A stretch of DNA of 64,000 bases, taken from Mobula hypostoma (Eukaryota). The translations under genes were made by a program, and so were the position numbers. Shown here one piece after another: positions 13,689 through 25,850 of this stretch. Every line of letters begins with the position of its first letter. The first letter of the stretch is position 1. The notes beneath the pieces are model-generated. The model was not told where the DNA came from. It worked only from the letters and a program-made list of their open reading frames with translations, and did no database searches. The stretch spans positions 244,964,001 through 245,028,000 of the forward strand of contig NC_086097.1 of the NCBI RefSeq assembly GCF_963921235.1, written 5' to 3'.

Positions 13689-14335
13689 AGACAATAGACA
13701 ATAGGTGCAGGAGTAGGCCATTCGGCCCTTTGAGCCAGCACCGCCATTCACTGTGATCATGGCTGATCATCCACAATCAGTATCCAGTTCCTGCCTTATC
13801 CCCATATCCCTTGACTCCGCTATCATTAAAAGCTCTATCTAACTCTTTCTTGAAATCATCCAGAGAATTGGCCTCCACTGCCTTCTGAGGCGGAGCATTC
13901 CACAGATCCACAATCCTCTGTGTGAAAAAGTTTTTCCTCAACTCCATTCTAAATGGCCTACCCCTTATTCTCAAATTGTGGCCTCTTGATCTGGACTCCC
14001 CCAACATCGGGAGCATGTTTCCTGCCTCTAGCGTGTCTAATCCCTTAATAATCTTACGTGCTTCAATCAGATCCCCTCTCATCCTTCTAAATTCCAGTAT
14101 ATACAAGCCCAGTCGCTCCAATCTTACAACATATGACAGTCCCGCCATCCCGGGAATTAACCTCGTGAACCTGCGCTGCACTCCCTCAATAGCAAGAATG
14201 TCCTTCCTCAAATTTGGAGACCAAAACTGTACACAATACTGCAGGTGTGGTCTCACCAGGGCCCTGTACAACTGCAGAAGGACCTCTTTGCTCCTAGACT
14301 CAGCTCCCCTTGTTATGAAGGTCAACATGCCATTA
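13689..14335 (-). mobile_element. CR1 LINE 3' end
   Basis: RALVRPHLQYCVQFWSP...RKNFFTQR. Tail (TATTGTC)n. Confidence 0.9.
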
Positions 14336-14746
14336 GGAATGCATTTTTTTTTAAAGAGATACAGGGTGGTAACAGGCCCTTCTGGCCCAACAAGCCTGCG
14401 CCACCCAATTACACACATGTGACTAATTAACCAACAGACCTGTTGGAAAATTGTTCATGAGGAGAATGTACAAACTCCTTACAAACTGCAGTTAAATTGT
14501 ACCCAGGTTGCTGACACTATAATAATGTTACACCAACCATTAAGATTTGAAAAATAAAAGCTGTTTAAAATATAAACAAAATACTTTAAACCTAATGGAT
14601 AATGTTTAAAAGACATTAAAATAGCATAAATAAATGCTCTTCCCAAATGCATTCTACAAGGTTGGAGACAGACTGGGATGATCATTCCTACAACTGTCCT
14701 TATTGTACAAGACCGACTGCATCTAGACACTTTACTCAGTGAATTG

Positions 14747-15262
14747 AAAGACATTCTTGCCATAGAGGGAGTACAAAGAAGGTTCACCAGATTGATTCCT
14801 GGGATGGCAGGACTTTCATATGATGAAAGACTGGATCGACTAGGCTTATACTCGCTGGAATTTAGAAGATTGAGGGGGGAATCTTATTGAAACGTATAAA
14901 ATCCTAAAAGGATTGGACAGGCTAGATGCAGGAAGATTGTTCCCAATGTTGGGGAAGTCCAGAACGAGGGGTCACAGTTTAAGGATAAAGGGGAAGCCTT
15001 TTAGGACCGAGATGAGGAAAAACTTCTTCACACAGAGAGTGATGAATCTGGAATTCTCTGCCACAGGAAACAGTTGAGGCCAGTTCATTGGCTATATTTA
15101 AGAGGGAGTTAGATATGGTCCTTGTGGCTAAAGGGATCAGGGGGTATGGAGAGAAGGCTGGTACAGGGTTCTGAGTTGGATGATCAGCCATGATCGTACT
15201 AAATGGCGGTGCAGGCTCGAAGGGCCGAATGGCCTACTCCTGCACCTATTTTCTATGTTTCT
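14747..15262 (+). mobile_element. CR1 LINE 3' end
   Basis: KDILAIEGVQRRFTRLIPGMAGLSY. Tail ttctatgtttcta. Inverted relative to the related copy at 13689-14335. Confidence 0.9.
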
Positions 15263-15694
15263 AATTGCTGTCCTGCTGCTGCCTTGATGGACGGTCCAGC
15301 AGCAGAGCAACCAATCAGATTTAGCATCTTTTGACTTGCGGCATGCTTCAGATTTCCATACTTGGCTGGATGTGCAGGAGGTCAAGACAACCAGTCACCA
15401 ACATCTGAAACCTGGCGCTTTCCTTCAAAACCACTGGCTTTTCATCAGCTCCATTTCTTCTAATATTCTGCAGTTTCTAAAACACATATGGCCTATTTGC
15501 AAGTATATGGAAATAAGCTACCAAAATTTTTCTGAACATTTCAGATCTTGAGAGGACAGTATAACACATTAATTTCTGTTTAAATGCTGAAGGAACTATG
15601 GACTCCTCTAGCACTTTGTTTGTATTACTCTGGATTTCCAGCATCTGCAGATTGTCTTGTGTGTATGATTTCTGCTTAAATGTTTCCTTTGCAG

Positions 15695-15811
15695 GGTTAT
15701 GACAATACGGAGAGCAGTGTCCGCAAAGCCAGCGTGTTTTGCCTTGTAGCCATTTATTCAGTTATTGGTGAAGATCTTAAACCCCATCTTGGCCAACTCA
15801 CTGGCAGCAAG
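15695..15811 (+). CDS. CLASP2: CLASP penultimate coding exon (117 nt)
   Basis: tttgcag|GGT...AAG|gtaaac. Translates GYDNTESSVRKASVFCLVAIYSVIGEDLKPHLGQLTGSK. Not in the ORF track because it is too short. Confidence 0.95.
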
Positions 15812-16623
15812 GTAAACTGAATGTATCATAATTGTATATATGTTCCATTATACACTATGTTATTAGTGAAGTTTTTAGTGCTTAGTTGCAAACTACGTAA
15901 CCTGCCCTTTCTGATCTAAAGCAACCCAGAATCTAGGCTGAATTGTTGATTCCAGCTAAGTGGCCCACTAATATGACTGATGCCATGAAGAAGAAGGTAT
16001 AGGAGCTTTAGGTCCCACACCACCAGGTTTGGGAATAGTTATTACCCAACAACCATCAGCTCTTGAACTGGTGAGGATAACTTCTCTCACCTCAACTCTG
16101 AATAGGTTTCACAATCTATGGACTTCAAGGATTTTACAGCTTTTGTTCTTAGTATGAATTATTTACTTTTACTTTTGTCTTTGCACCATTGGTTGTTTGT
16201 CAGTCTTTGTAGTTTTTCATTGATTCTACTGTATTTCTTTGTTCTACTGTGAACACCTGCGAGAAAATGAATCTCAGGGTTGTATATGGTGACATATATG
16301 TACTTCGATAATAAATTTACTTTGAACTTATATTTATATTATTTTCTTCAAAATTATGTGGATGTTCTTGGGCTGTGAAGAAGAGGTCTCAGAAGTTGAA
16401 TTATTGAATAATATTGCAGGGCATTATAATTCAAATTTATTTTGCAAAAGAGGAAATGGGCAAGATAACAGTCATGAGTATAATGGCACTGAACAGATTG
16501 TTGAAGCAATAAGCGACAGATCTCCAGATTCTGATGATAAGTAGTTGGCATGCTATGTTGGCCGTAGAAGCATAGCGATGCTTGTGGGCATATCCTCGAA
16601 CTGTGTTGGTTGTTGATGTATAT

Positions 16624-17825
16624 CAGCAGTCCCCAACCACTGGGTCGTGGAGCCGTACCGGGTCGCAAAGCATGTGCTACCGGTCCACGAGGAAACAATA
16701 GGATTTGGTGATATGAGTCAACTGCACCTTTCCTCATTCCCTGTTACGCCCACGGTTGAGTTTGAGCACACACGAGGTCATGACCCGTGCGTCATCCATG
16801 TCAGCGCGGGAAGGAGATCAACTCCTCGAGCTTGCAAATGACGGCGGGCTGAAAAGTATGTTTGACATAACATCTCTGCCGGCATTCTGGATCAAAGTCA
16901 AGGCTAAATATCCAGAGATAGCCACGAAAGCACTGAAAACGTTGCTTCCATTTCCAACATCATATCGCTGCGAAGCGGAGTTTTCTGCAATGAATGCAAC
17001 GAAAACTAAATTGCGGAATAGACTGGACATAAGGAACCCCCTTCGAGTATCGCTGTCTCCCATCACCCCTGGATAGGACCGTGTTGTTGCAGGGAAACAA
17101 GCCCAGAGCTCCCACTGATTCAGCGATATTGGTGTGTTGCAATGACTTTATATGCTCATATGGGGAAAATATGTGCTGTTTGTTTAATATCCAAACGTTA
17201 CTTAAAATGTTATGATGCTATTGACTTATATAACCATATAACAATTACAGCACGGAAACAGGCCATCTCTGCCCTTCTAGTCCGTGCCGAACGCTACTCT
17301 CACCTAGTCCTACCAACCTGCACTCAGCCCATAACCCTCCATTCCTTTCCTGTCCATATGGCTATCCAATTTTTCTTTAAATGATCATATCGAACCTGCT
17401 TCTGCCACTTCTACTGGAAATTCGTTCAACACTTACTTCAAGCTCCCCTGTCCTCCCCTGATAATTGACTTATCACTGTATTCATGCGAGGAAAATATGT
17501 GCTGTGTGTTTAATATTAAATTTGTTAGATAAACCCTTTTAGAAACAAAACTGAGTGTATTAGCCACCCCCCCCGAACAGAATCGCCAAAAACGATTTGT
17601 AGAGAAAAGTCGGCACGTACACGCATGCACAAGTCACGCATGTGCACTGGTGCCCGCGCAAGGCTTCATGGTCATTGTAGTCTTTCTTGGGGTAAACCGG
17701 ACGTATTTGACTGCTACTCTTGCCCGTTGGCAACCCTCTCCCCCCATCCCCCCGGGTCAGCTGGCCCGCAAGAATATTGTCAATATTAAACCGGTCCGCA
17801 GTACAAAAAAGGTTGGGGACCCCTG
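16624..17825 (+). mobile_element. hAT (Charlie/Buster-type) internally deleted transposon
   Basis: TIRs CAGCAGTCCCCAACC / GGTTGGGGACCCCTG, with a perfect 8 bp TSD ATGTATAT (16616-16623 and 17826-17833). ORF 16756-17076 encodes a hAT dimerisation domain (FWIKVKAKYPEIATKALKTLLPFPTSYRCEAEFS). Confidence 0.93.
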
Positions 17826-18276
17826 ATGTATATGACGCATTTCACTGTTTGTTTCTATATACATGCAACAAATCAAACTAATCTCTAGTCTTACCCTAGG
17901 ATTCATCCTATATTCAGGGAAGGTTGCTTTAGATCAGAAAGGGCAGGTGATGGACAGATTACTTAGTTTGCATTTGTCATTGGAAAAATGTTAGCAGCTG
18001 CTATCAAACATGTTACAACAGGTATTCAGGTGAAGGCACCACGGTTTGTGGAATGCATTTCAATTTGACCAATTTATTGGGGTTTCTTGAATTACACGTG
18101 TTTACACCATCTGAATTAGCTTGACTATTACAACCCATGGCAGATTGAAGCTTTGCCCTGTTTGCATATTGTAAATATTCCCATTCAATTTTTCTTTCAG
18201 ATATTATCAAAATGACTCACAGCTGAACCACTCAGCTTTGTACAAATATCAGCATGCAAATTATTTCAGAAAAATA

Positions 18277-19073
18277 CAGGTCCATAATCCCTTATCTGAA
18301 ATCCTTGGGGCCAGTTGCATTTTGGAATTCAGAATTTTTCGGATTTCAGACCCCCCTCCCCACCCCAATACCAAAAAACACATATGCTCAAGTCCCTTAT
18401 TTAACCTGTCTCAGTGCGGTGGACTTTAGGACCCAGCAGCGCACCGAACCTACGCACATCCTCCCGTATACTTTAAATCATCTCTAGATTACTTATAATA
18501 ACTAATACGATGTAAATGCTATGCAAATAGTTGTTATACTGTATTGTTTAGGGAATAATGACAAGAAAAAAATAAAAAATATATAGCTTCAAACAAACTG
18601 AATCAAACACATGGTAAGTGACTTATGTCACAGTCACTGTCACTATAAAACTTCAGTAACTTGTCTTTCAGTTTATTTAAATTATATGCAGTGGTAGTTC
18701 CGACACTATTTTCTTCAGTAAGACGCCACACAGACACACCATGATCAAGCCTCTGCAATAACTCCACTTTCTGCGTTATTGATAATGATAGCTACTTCCT
18801 TCTGTTTTTCTCACTGTAACCCATAGGAGTGTCTGCAGCTCTTTTTGACATTTTCACAGTGAAATTAAACACAAAGTCAACAGTGATCACAAAATATCAG
18901 CGAACAGCAAATGCACGTGTAACCAGTACAAGCGCTGAGCCACAACTGACGCCTGGCGGCCTCTGCTAGTGCTGCCACGTCACACCTGAGTGACGTCAGC
19001 TGTTGGCGAAAAAAAACTTCGGTTTTCGGAGCTTTTTGGATTTCAAAATTTCGGATAAAGGAATGTGCACCTG
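18277..19073 (-). mobile_element. Tigger (pogo-like) deletion derivative with a nested MER2/Tigger2-like segment at about 18355-18575
   Basis: TA-flanked TIRs CAGGTCCATAATCCCTTATCTGAAAT / ATTTCGGATAAAGGAATGTGCACCTG. Minus-strand HTH_psq remnant MSKRAADTPMG...LSLSITQKVELLQRLDHGVSV. Confidence 0.82.
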
Positions 19074-19901
19074 TACAACTGTTTCAAAGTGTTTAACATT
19101 TAAAAGTGTTTTAAAATTTTAAAACACACCAATCATAAAAGACAAATATTGGAGTCTCGATATCGAAGGTTCTTGGGGTCCAGGTCCATAGGTCAATGTC
19201 AGTGGCTTCACAGGTTGATAGAACTTGGGCTGTTTACAGGGTATATGACACACTTAATTAGTAGAGGCAATAAGTTCTTGAGTCGGGAAGATATGTTGCT
19301 GCTTTATAAAACTCTGATTAGGCTGCATCTGAAGTATTTCATTCAGTTCTGGTCACCCTATTATAAGGCCATAAGACGTTGGAGCAGAATTAGGCTATTC
19401 AGCTCATCGAACCTGCTCCGCCATTCCATCATGGCTGACCTCAGATTCAACTCAACCCAATACGCCTGCTTCTCACCATATCCTTTGATGCCCTCACCGA
19501 TCAGGAAACTATCAACTTTCACCTTAAATATATGCATGGACTTGGCCTCCACCACAGTCTGTGGCAGATTCACCACTCTCCTGCTAAAAAAAATTCCTCC
19601 TTACCTCTGTTCTAAAAAGTCGCCCCTCAATTTTGAGGCTGTGCTTTCTAGTTCTGGATGCCCCCACCAGAGGAAACATCCTCTCCACATCCACCCTATC
19701 TAGTCCTTTCAACATTCAGTAGTTTTCAATGAGATTCCCCACATTCTTCTAAATTCCAGTGAGTACAGGCACAAAGCTGCCAAACGCTCCTCATATGTTA
19801 ACCCAAACAACAGGAATTCTGCAGATGCTGGAAATTCAAGCAACACACATCAAAGTTGCTGGTGAACGCAACAGGCCAAGCAGCATCTGTAGGAAGAGGT
19901 G

Positions 19902-19943
19902 CAGTCAACGTTTCAGGCCGAGACCCTTCGTCAGGACTAACTG
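19902..19943 (-). ncRNA. Minimal hammerhead ribozyme motif
   Basis: Reverse complement reads agtc-CTGACGA-agggtctcggcct-GAAAC-GTT-gact. Confidence 0.65.
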
Positions 19944-21625
19944 AAGGAAGAGTGAGTAAGGGATTTGAAAGTTGGAGGGGGAGGGGGAGATCCAAAATGA
20001 TAGGAGAAGACAGGAGGGGGAGGGATAGAGCCAAGAGCTGGACAGGTGATAGGCAAAAGGGGATACGAGAGGATCATGGGACAGGAGGTCCGGGAAGAAA
20101 GACAAGGGGGGGGGGACCCAGAGGATGGGCAAGAGGTATATTCAGAGGGACAGAGGGAGAAAAAGGAGAGTGAGAGAAAGAATGTGTGCATAAAAATAAG
20201 TAACAGATGGGGTACGAGGGGGAGGTGGGGCCTTAGCGGAAGTTAGAGAAGTCGATGTTCATGCCATCAGGTTGGAGGCTACCCAGACGGAATATAAGGT
20301 GTTGTTCCTCCAACCTGAGTGTGGCTTCATCTTTACAGTAGAGGAGGCCGTGGATAGACATGTCAGAATGGGAATGGGATGTGGAATTAAAATGTGTGGC
20401 CACTGGGAGATCCTGCTTTCTCTGGTGGACAGAGCGTAGATGTTCAGCAAAGCGGTCTCCCAGTCTGCGTCGGGTCTCGCCAATATATAAAAGGCCACAT
20501 CGGGAGCACCGGACGCAGTATATCACCCCAGTCGACTCACAGGTGAAGTGTTGCCTCATCTGGAAGGACTGTTTGGGGCCCTGAATGGTGGTAAGGGAGG
20601 AAGTGTAAGGGCATGTGTAGCACTTGTTGTGCAGGGAGCAATCCCTGCGGAATGCAGTGAGGACCAGGGGAACCCATCACTCCATCCTCCTGCCACCCCA
20701 CTAGGAATAGGGTTCCCCTGGTCCTCACCTACCACTCCACCAGCCTCTGGGTCCAACATATTATTCTCCGTAACTTCTGCCACCTCCAACGGGATCCCAC
20801 CACTAAGCACATCTTTCCCTCCCCCCCTCTCTCTGCATTCCGCAGGGATCGCTCCCTACACAACTCCCTTGTCCATTCGTCCCCCCCATCCCTCCCCACT
20901 GATCTCCCTCCTGGCACTTATCCGTGTAAGCGGAACAAGTGCTTCACATGCCCTTACACTTCCTCCCTTACCACCATTCAGGGCCCCAAACAGTCCTTCC
21001 AGGTGAGGCAACACTTCACCTGTGAGTCGACTGGGGTGATATACTGTGTCCGGTGCTCCCGATGTGGCCTTTTATATAATGGTGAGACCCGACGCAGACT
21101 GGGAGACCGCTTTGCTGAACATCTACACTCTGTCCGTCAGAGAAAGCAGGATCTCCCAGTGGCCACACATTTTAATTCCACATCCCATTCCCATTCTGAC
21201 ATGTCTATCCACGGCCTCCTCTACTGTAAAGATGAAGCCACACTCAGGTTGGAGGAACAACACCTTATATTCCGTCTGGGTAGCCTCCAACCTGATGGCA
21301 TGAACATCGACTTCTCTAACTTCCGCTAAGGCCCCACCTCCCCCTCGTACCCCATCTGTTACTTATTTTTATGCACACATTCTTTCTCTCACTCTCCTTT
21401 TTCTCCCTCTGTCCCTCTGAATATACCTCTTGCCCATCCTCTGGGTCACCCCCCCCCCTTGTCTTTCTTCCCGGACCTCCTGTCCCATGATCCTCTCGTA
21501 TCCCCTTTTGCCTATCACCTGTCCAGCTCTTGGCTCTATCCCTCCCCTTCCTGTCTTCTCCTATCATTTTGGATCTCCCCCTCCCCCTCCAACTTTCAAA
21601 TCCCTTACTCACTCTTCCTTCAGTT

Positions 21626-21662
21626 AGTCCTGACGAAGGGTCTCGGCCTGAAACGTCGACTG
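21626..21662 (+). ncRNA. Minimal hammerhead ribozyme motif
   Basis: agtc-CTGACGA-agg-gtctcgg-cct-GAAAC-GTC-gact, with stem I agtc/gact. Confidence 0.75.
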
Positions 21663-24600
21663 CGCCTCTTCCTAGAGATGCTGCTTGGCCTGCTGCGTTC
21701 ACCAGCAACTTTGATGTGTGTTGCTCATATGTTAACCCCTTCGTTCCTGGAATCATCCTCGTGCACCTCCTGTGGACTCTCTCCAATGATAGCACATCCT
21801 TTCTGAGATAAGGGGCCCAAAACTGTTGACAATACTCCAAGTGTGGCCTAACTAGTGTCTTACAAACCCTCAGCATTATTTCCTTGCTTTTATATTTTAT
21901 TTCCCTTGAAATAAATGCCAACATTGCATTTGCCACCTTTACCAAAGACTCAGCCTGTGAATTAACCTTCTGGGAGTCTTGCACAAGGACTCCTAAATCC
22001 ATCTGCACCTCTGATGTTTGAACCTTCTCCCCATGTAGATAATAGTCTACACTATTGTTCCTTTTACCAGAATGCATGATCATACATTTCCCAACCCTGT
22101 ATTCCATCTGCCACTTTTTTGCCCATTCTTCCAATTTGTCTGAGTCCTGCTACAAATGCATTGCTTCCTCAGCACAACCTGCCTCTCCACCTATCTTCAT
22201 ATCATTCACAAACATTGCCACAAAGCCATTAATTAATTCCACTATCTAAATCATTGACAAACAATGTGAAAAGTATCCGTCCCAATACTGATCCCTGACG
22301 GACACCACTAGTCACTGGCAGCCAACCAGAAAAGGCTCCCTGCCCGTCAGCCATTCTTCTATCCTAGTATCTTTATTATGACACCATAGGATTTTATCTT
22401 GTCAAGCAGCCTTGTGTGTGGCACCTCATCAAATGCCTTCTGAAAATCCAAGTAAGTGACATCCACTGCCTTTCTTTTGTCCACCCTGCTTGTTAGTTCC
22501 TGGAAGAACTCTAACAGATTTGTCAGGCAAGATGTCCCTTTACAGAGACCATGCTGACTTTGACTTATTTTATCATTAGTCTCCAAGTACTCTGAAACCT
22601 CATCCTTAATAATAGACTCCAACACTTTCCCAACCACTGAGGTTAAGCTAACTGGCCTATAATTTCCTTTCTTTTGCCCTCCTCCCTTCTTAAAGAGTGG
22701 AGTGACATTGGAAATCTTCCAGTCCTCTGGGACCATGCCAGAATCAAGTGATTCTTGAAATATCATGACCAAAGCATCTGTTTTCTCTTCAGCAACATCT
22801 CTCAGGACTCTGGGATGCAGTCCGTCTGGTCCAGGTGACATACATCTTTAGCCCTTTGAGTTTGCCTAGCACTTTTTCCTTTGTAATAGCTCCCTGACAC
22901 TGACAGGTCTCTGGCACCCTACTAGTGTCTTACACAGTGAAAACTGATGCAAAGTACCCATTAACTTCATCTGCCATTTCTTTGTCCCTCATTACTACCT
23001 CACCTGCATCATTTTCCTATGGTCCAATATCAACTCTCACCTCCCTTTATCCTGCTTTATATTATTGGCTAGTTTGCCCTCATATTTCACCTTTTCCATT
23101 CTTATAGCTTTTTTAGTTGCCGTTTGTTAGATTTTAAAAGCTTCCCAATCATTCAACTTCCCACTCACTTTTGCTACCTTATATGCCCTTCCCTTGGCTT
23201 TTATGCAGTCCTTAACTTCCCTTGCCATTTGCGAACAACTTCTTCTGTGAGACATATCTATTGTGTGCCTTGTGAACCATTTCCAGAAACTTCAGCCATC
23301 TCTGCTCTGCTGTCATCCCTGCCAGTACCCTCCTCCTATCTACCCCTGGGAAAGCTCTTCTCTCATGCCTCTGAAATTCCCTTATTCCATACCGATACAT
23401 GTGACATGCTTCTCCCTCTCAAATTGCAGTATGAATTCTAAGGAATCCTAAGGGTTCCTTTACATTAAGCTCCCCGATAAGGTTGGGGTTATTACACAAC
23501 AAAGATAGCCTTTCCTCAAACACGAGCTGCGCTAAAAAGTCATCTCATAGGCATTCAACAAATTCCCTCTCTTGTGATCTGACACCAACCAGATTTTCCC
23601 AATCCTCTTGCATATTGAAGTCCCCATTATAATTGTGACATTACTTTTATTCCATGCCTTTTCCAGCTCCCTTGCAATCTCAGCCCCAAATCTTAGCTAC
23701 TGTTTGGAGGCCTATACGTATATGATTCCCATAATGTTTTTTTACTCTTGCAGTTTCTTAACTCCACCCACAAAGATTCGACATTCTCTGACCCAATGTT
23801 ACCTCTTTATAAATATATAACTTCATCTCTTACCAACAAAGCCACACCACCGCCTATGCCTTCCTGCCTGCCCTTTCAATACAAAGCATATCCTTTGATG
23901 TTAAGCTCTCAACTATGGCCACCTTTCAGCCACGACTCAGTGATGCCCACAACGTCATACCGACCAACCTGTGATTGCACCATGAGTTCATCCGCCTTAT
24001 TCTGAATGCACACTTAAATACAGCACCTTCAGCCTTACATTCTTTGCCCTTTTGAATTCTGCCTCTCTGGTACAATTTAACTCTTTGCTCTTTCTGCATT
24101 TGTACCCAATAACAGGCTTGTCCTATTACATGGCATTACATTCATGTTACATCTATCATCTACTTGTAAACCTGCTCGGTCATCAATTTACATAACTGAT
24201 TTACTTGTTTATTTATTATGTTTTATTTTATTTATTATTATTATTTTCTCTCTCTGCTAGATTATGTGTTGCATTGAACTGCTGCTGAGTTAACAAATTT
24301 CACGTCACATGCCGGTGATAATAAACCTGATTCTGATTCTCCACTGAGGAGCTGTGTATTTGCAGTGAGGAATGGTCGGCCTGCACCTTCTTGTCCAGGT
24401 TGAGATTCAAGTTGCTCTCACACCATTCTGCCAGCTGCTTTACCTCCTCTCTGTACCTCGTCTCATCGTTGATGAGACCAACCACTGTTGTGTCATCAGT
24501 AAAAGAACTGGATTCAGTTTGAACTGGATATAGTAAAGCAGTCATGTGTCAGCAGCGAGATGAGCATGCAGCCCTGGGGCGTGCCGGTGCTCAGTGTGAT

Positions 24601-25850
24601 GGAACTAGAGAGGTTTCAACCAACACAGATCGTTAGTGGCCTTTCAGTCAAGAAGTCCAGGATCCAGTTACAGAGACAGTTGTTGAGACCCCACAAGGAC
24701 AGTTTACTCACCAGAATCTCAGATATGATCTTATTAAATGCTAAGCTGAAGTCAATAAACAGCATCCTGATATATGAGGCACCATTTTCCAGATGGGACA
24801 GGATGGAGTGGAGTACAGAGGCTAAGGCCTCTGTGGATCAGTGGATCAGTTTGAGCAATGTGTGAACTAGAAAGGGTCCGATGTAGCAGAAAGATGTGAT
24901 CTAATGTAATCCATAATCAGCCGCACAAAGCACTTCATTGTTGAAGTCAGTGCCACTGGACGGTAGTTGTTGAAACAGGTTACTGTCACCAGGATGATGG
25001 TGGCCACCTTGGAGTCTGAGGGGACGGTGAACTGTCCCAGAGAGATGTCGAGGGTGTTTGTTAGGATTAACTGGGCTGCATAGTTCCTCAGCACCCATCC
25101 AGGTGTGTTATCAGGTCCCACAGCTCTACATGGAATGACCCTGGATAGATCTTCCATATGGGCTGCAGCCAGATGGGAGAGTGCCTACTTCTCTCATCAG
25201 CACCTCGTTCTGTGCATCAAACCAAGTGTAAAAGATGTCAGCCTATCGGGAAGTGAAGTGTAACTGTTGTTGCTGCACAGTGTGAACTTAAATTGATTTA
25301 AATTGATTTTGCTACTAATGCTGAGAATACTACAGCCTGAATGCCCTGCCAAATGCACCTCACGACTCTGGTGTCATAGAAATGGCTGCATATTCCCTCT
25401 GATTAATCCTGTTTTGCCTTCCTGATGGCGCAGGAAAGCATAGCTCTTGCTGACCTGAGAGCTGTTTTACCCCCCGATCTCAAAGCAGCGTCCCAATCTT
25501 TCTTAACAGTGCCCAGACCTCTGATATTTCCTCACATAGATGTGTTCAATAACAGTGACGTCCTCAATGCACTTCTCCATGTAGTCAGTCACAGTGCTCT
25601 CATATTCATCGATATGTTAATGTAATATCCATAAGTAGCCACCTCCCTGAACATGTTCCAGTCCATGTTTTCAGAACAGTCCTGTAACACTGAGATTCTC
25701 CTTCTTGGCAGGTCCTTATCTCCCTTTGAACTGGTTTGGCACATTTTATCAGTGGTTGGTATGCAGGAATTAGCATAACAGATAAAATGGTCAGAAAATC
25801 CATGTGGGGACAAGGAGTAGCTTTGTATGCACCAGCAATGTTGGTATAAG

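Larger units (their letters stand above)
19805..21724. mobile_element. Penelope-like element (Neptune-type GIY-YIG), inverted head-to-head structure with TSD
   Basis: GIY-YIG ORFs 20233-20559(-) and 21003-21329(+) (VIYCVRCSRCGLLYIGETRRRLGDRFAEH...E...GMN). Arms 19840-20628 and 20934-21724. TSD ctcatatgttaaccc at 19790-19804 and 21724-21738. Confidence 0.93.
19368..24180 (-). mobile_element. Long degenerate CR1 LINE interrupted by a Penelope insertion at 19805-21724
   Basis: ORF2 pieces 22359-22841 (SPGPDGLHPRVL...NYRPVSLTS...DFQKAFD), 21725-22134 and 19361-19803 are collinear across the insertion. Confidence 0.88.

Noticed and set aside
21316..22134. 272 aa ORF as a novel fusion gene
   Set aside because: It is a CR1 RT fragment reading through the insertion junction into the antisense of a Penelope UTR.
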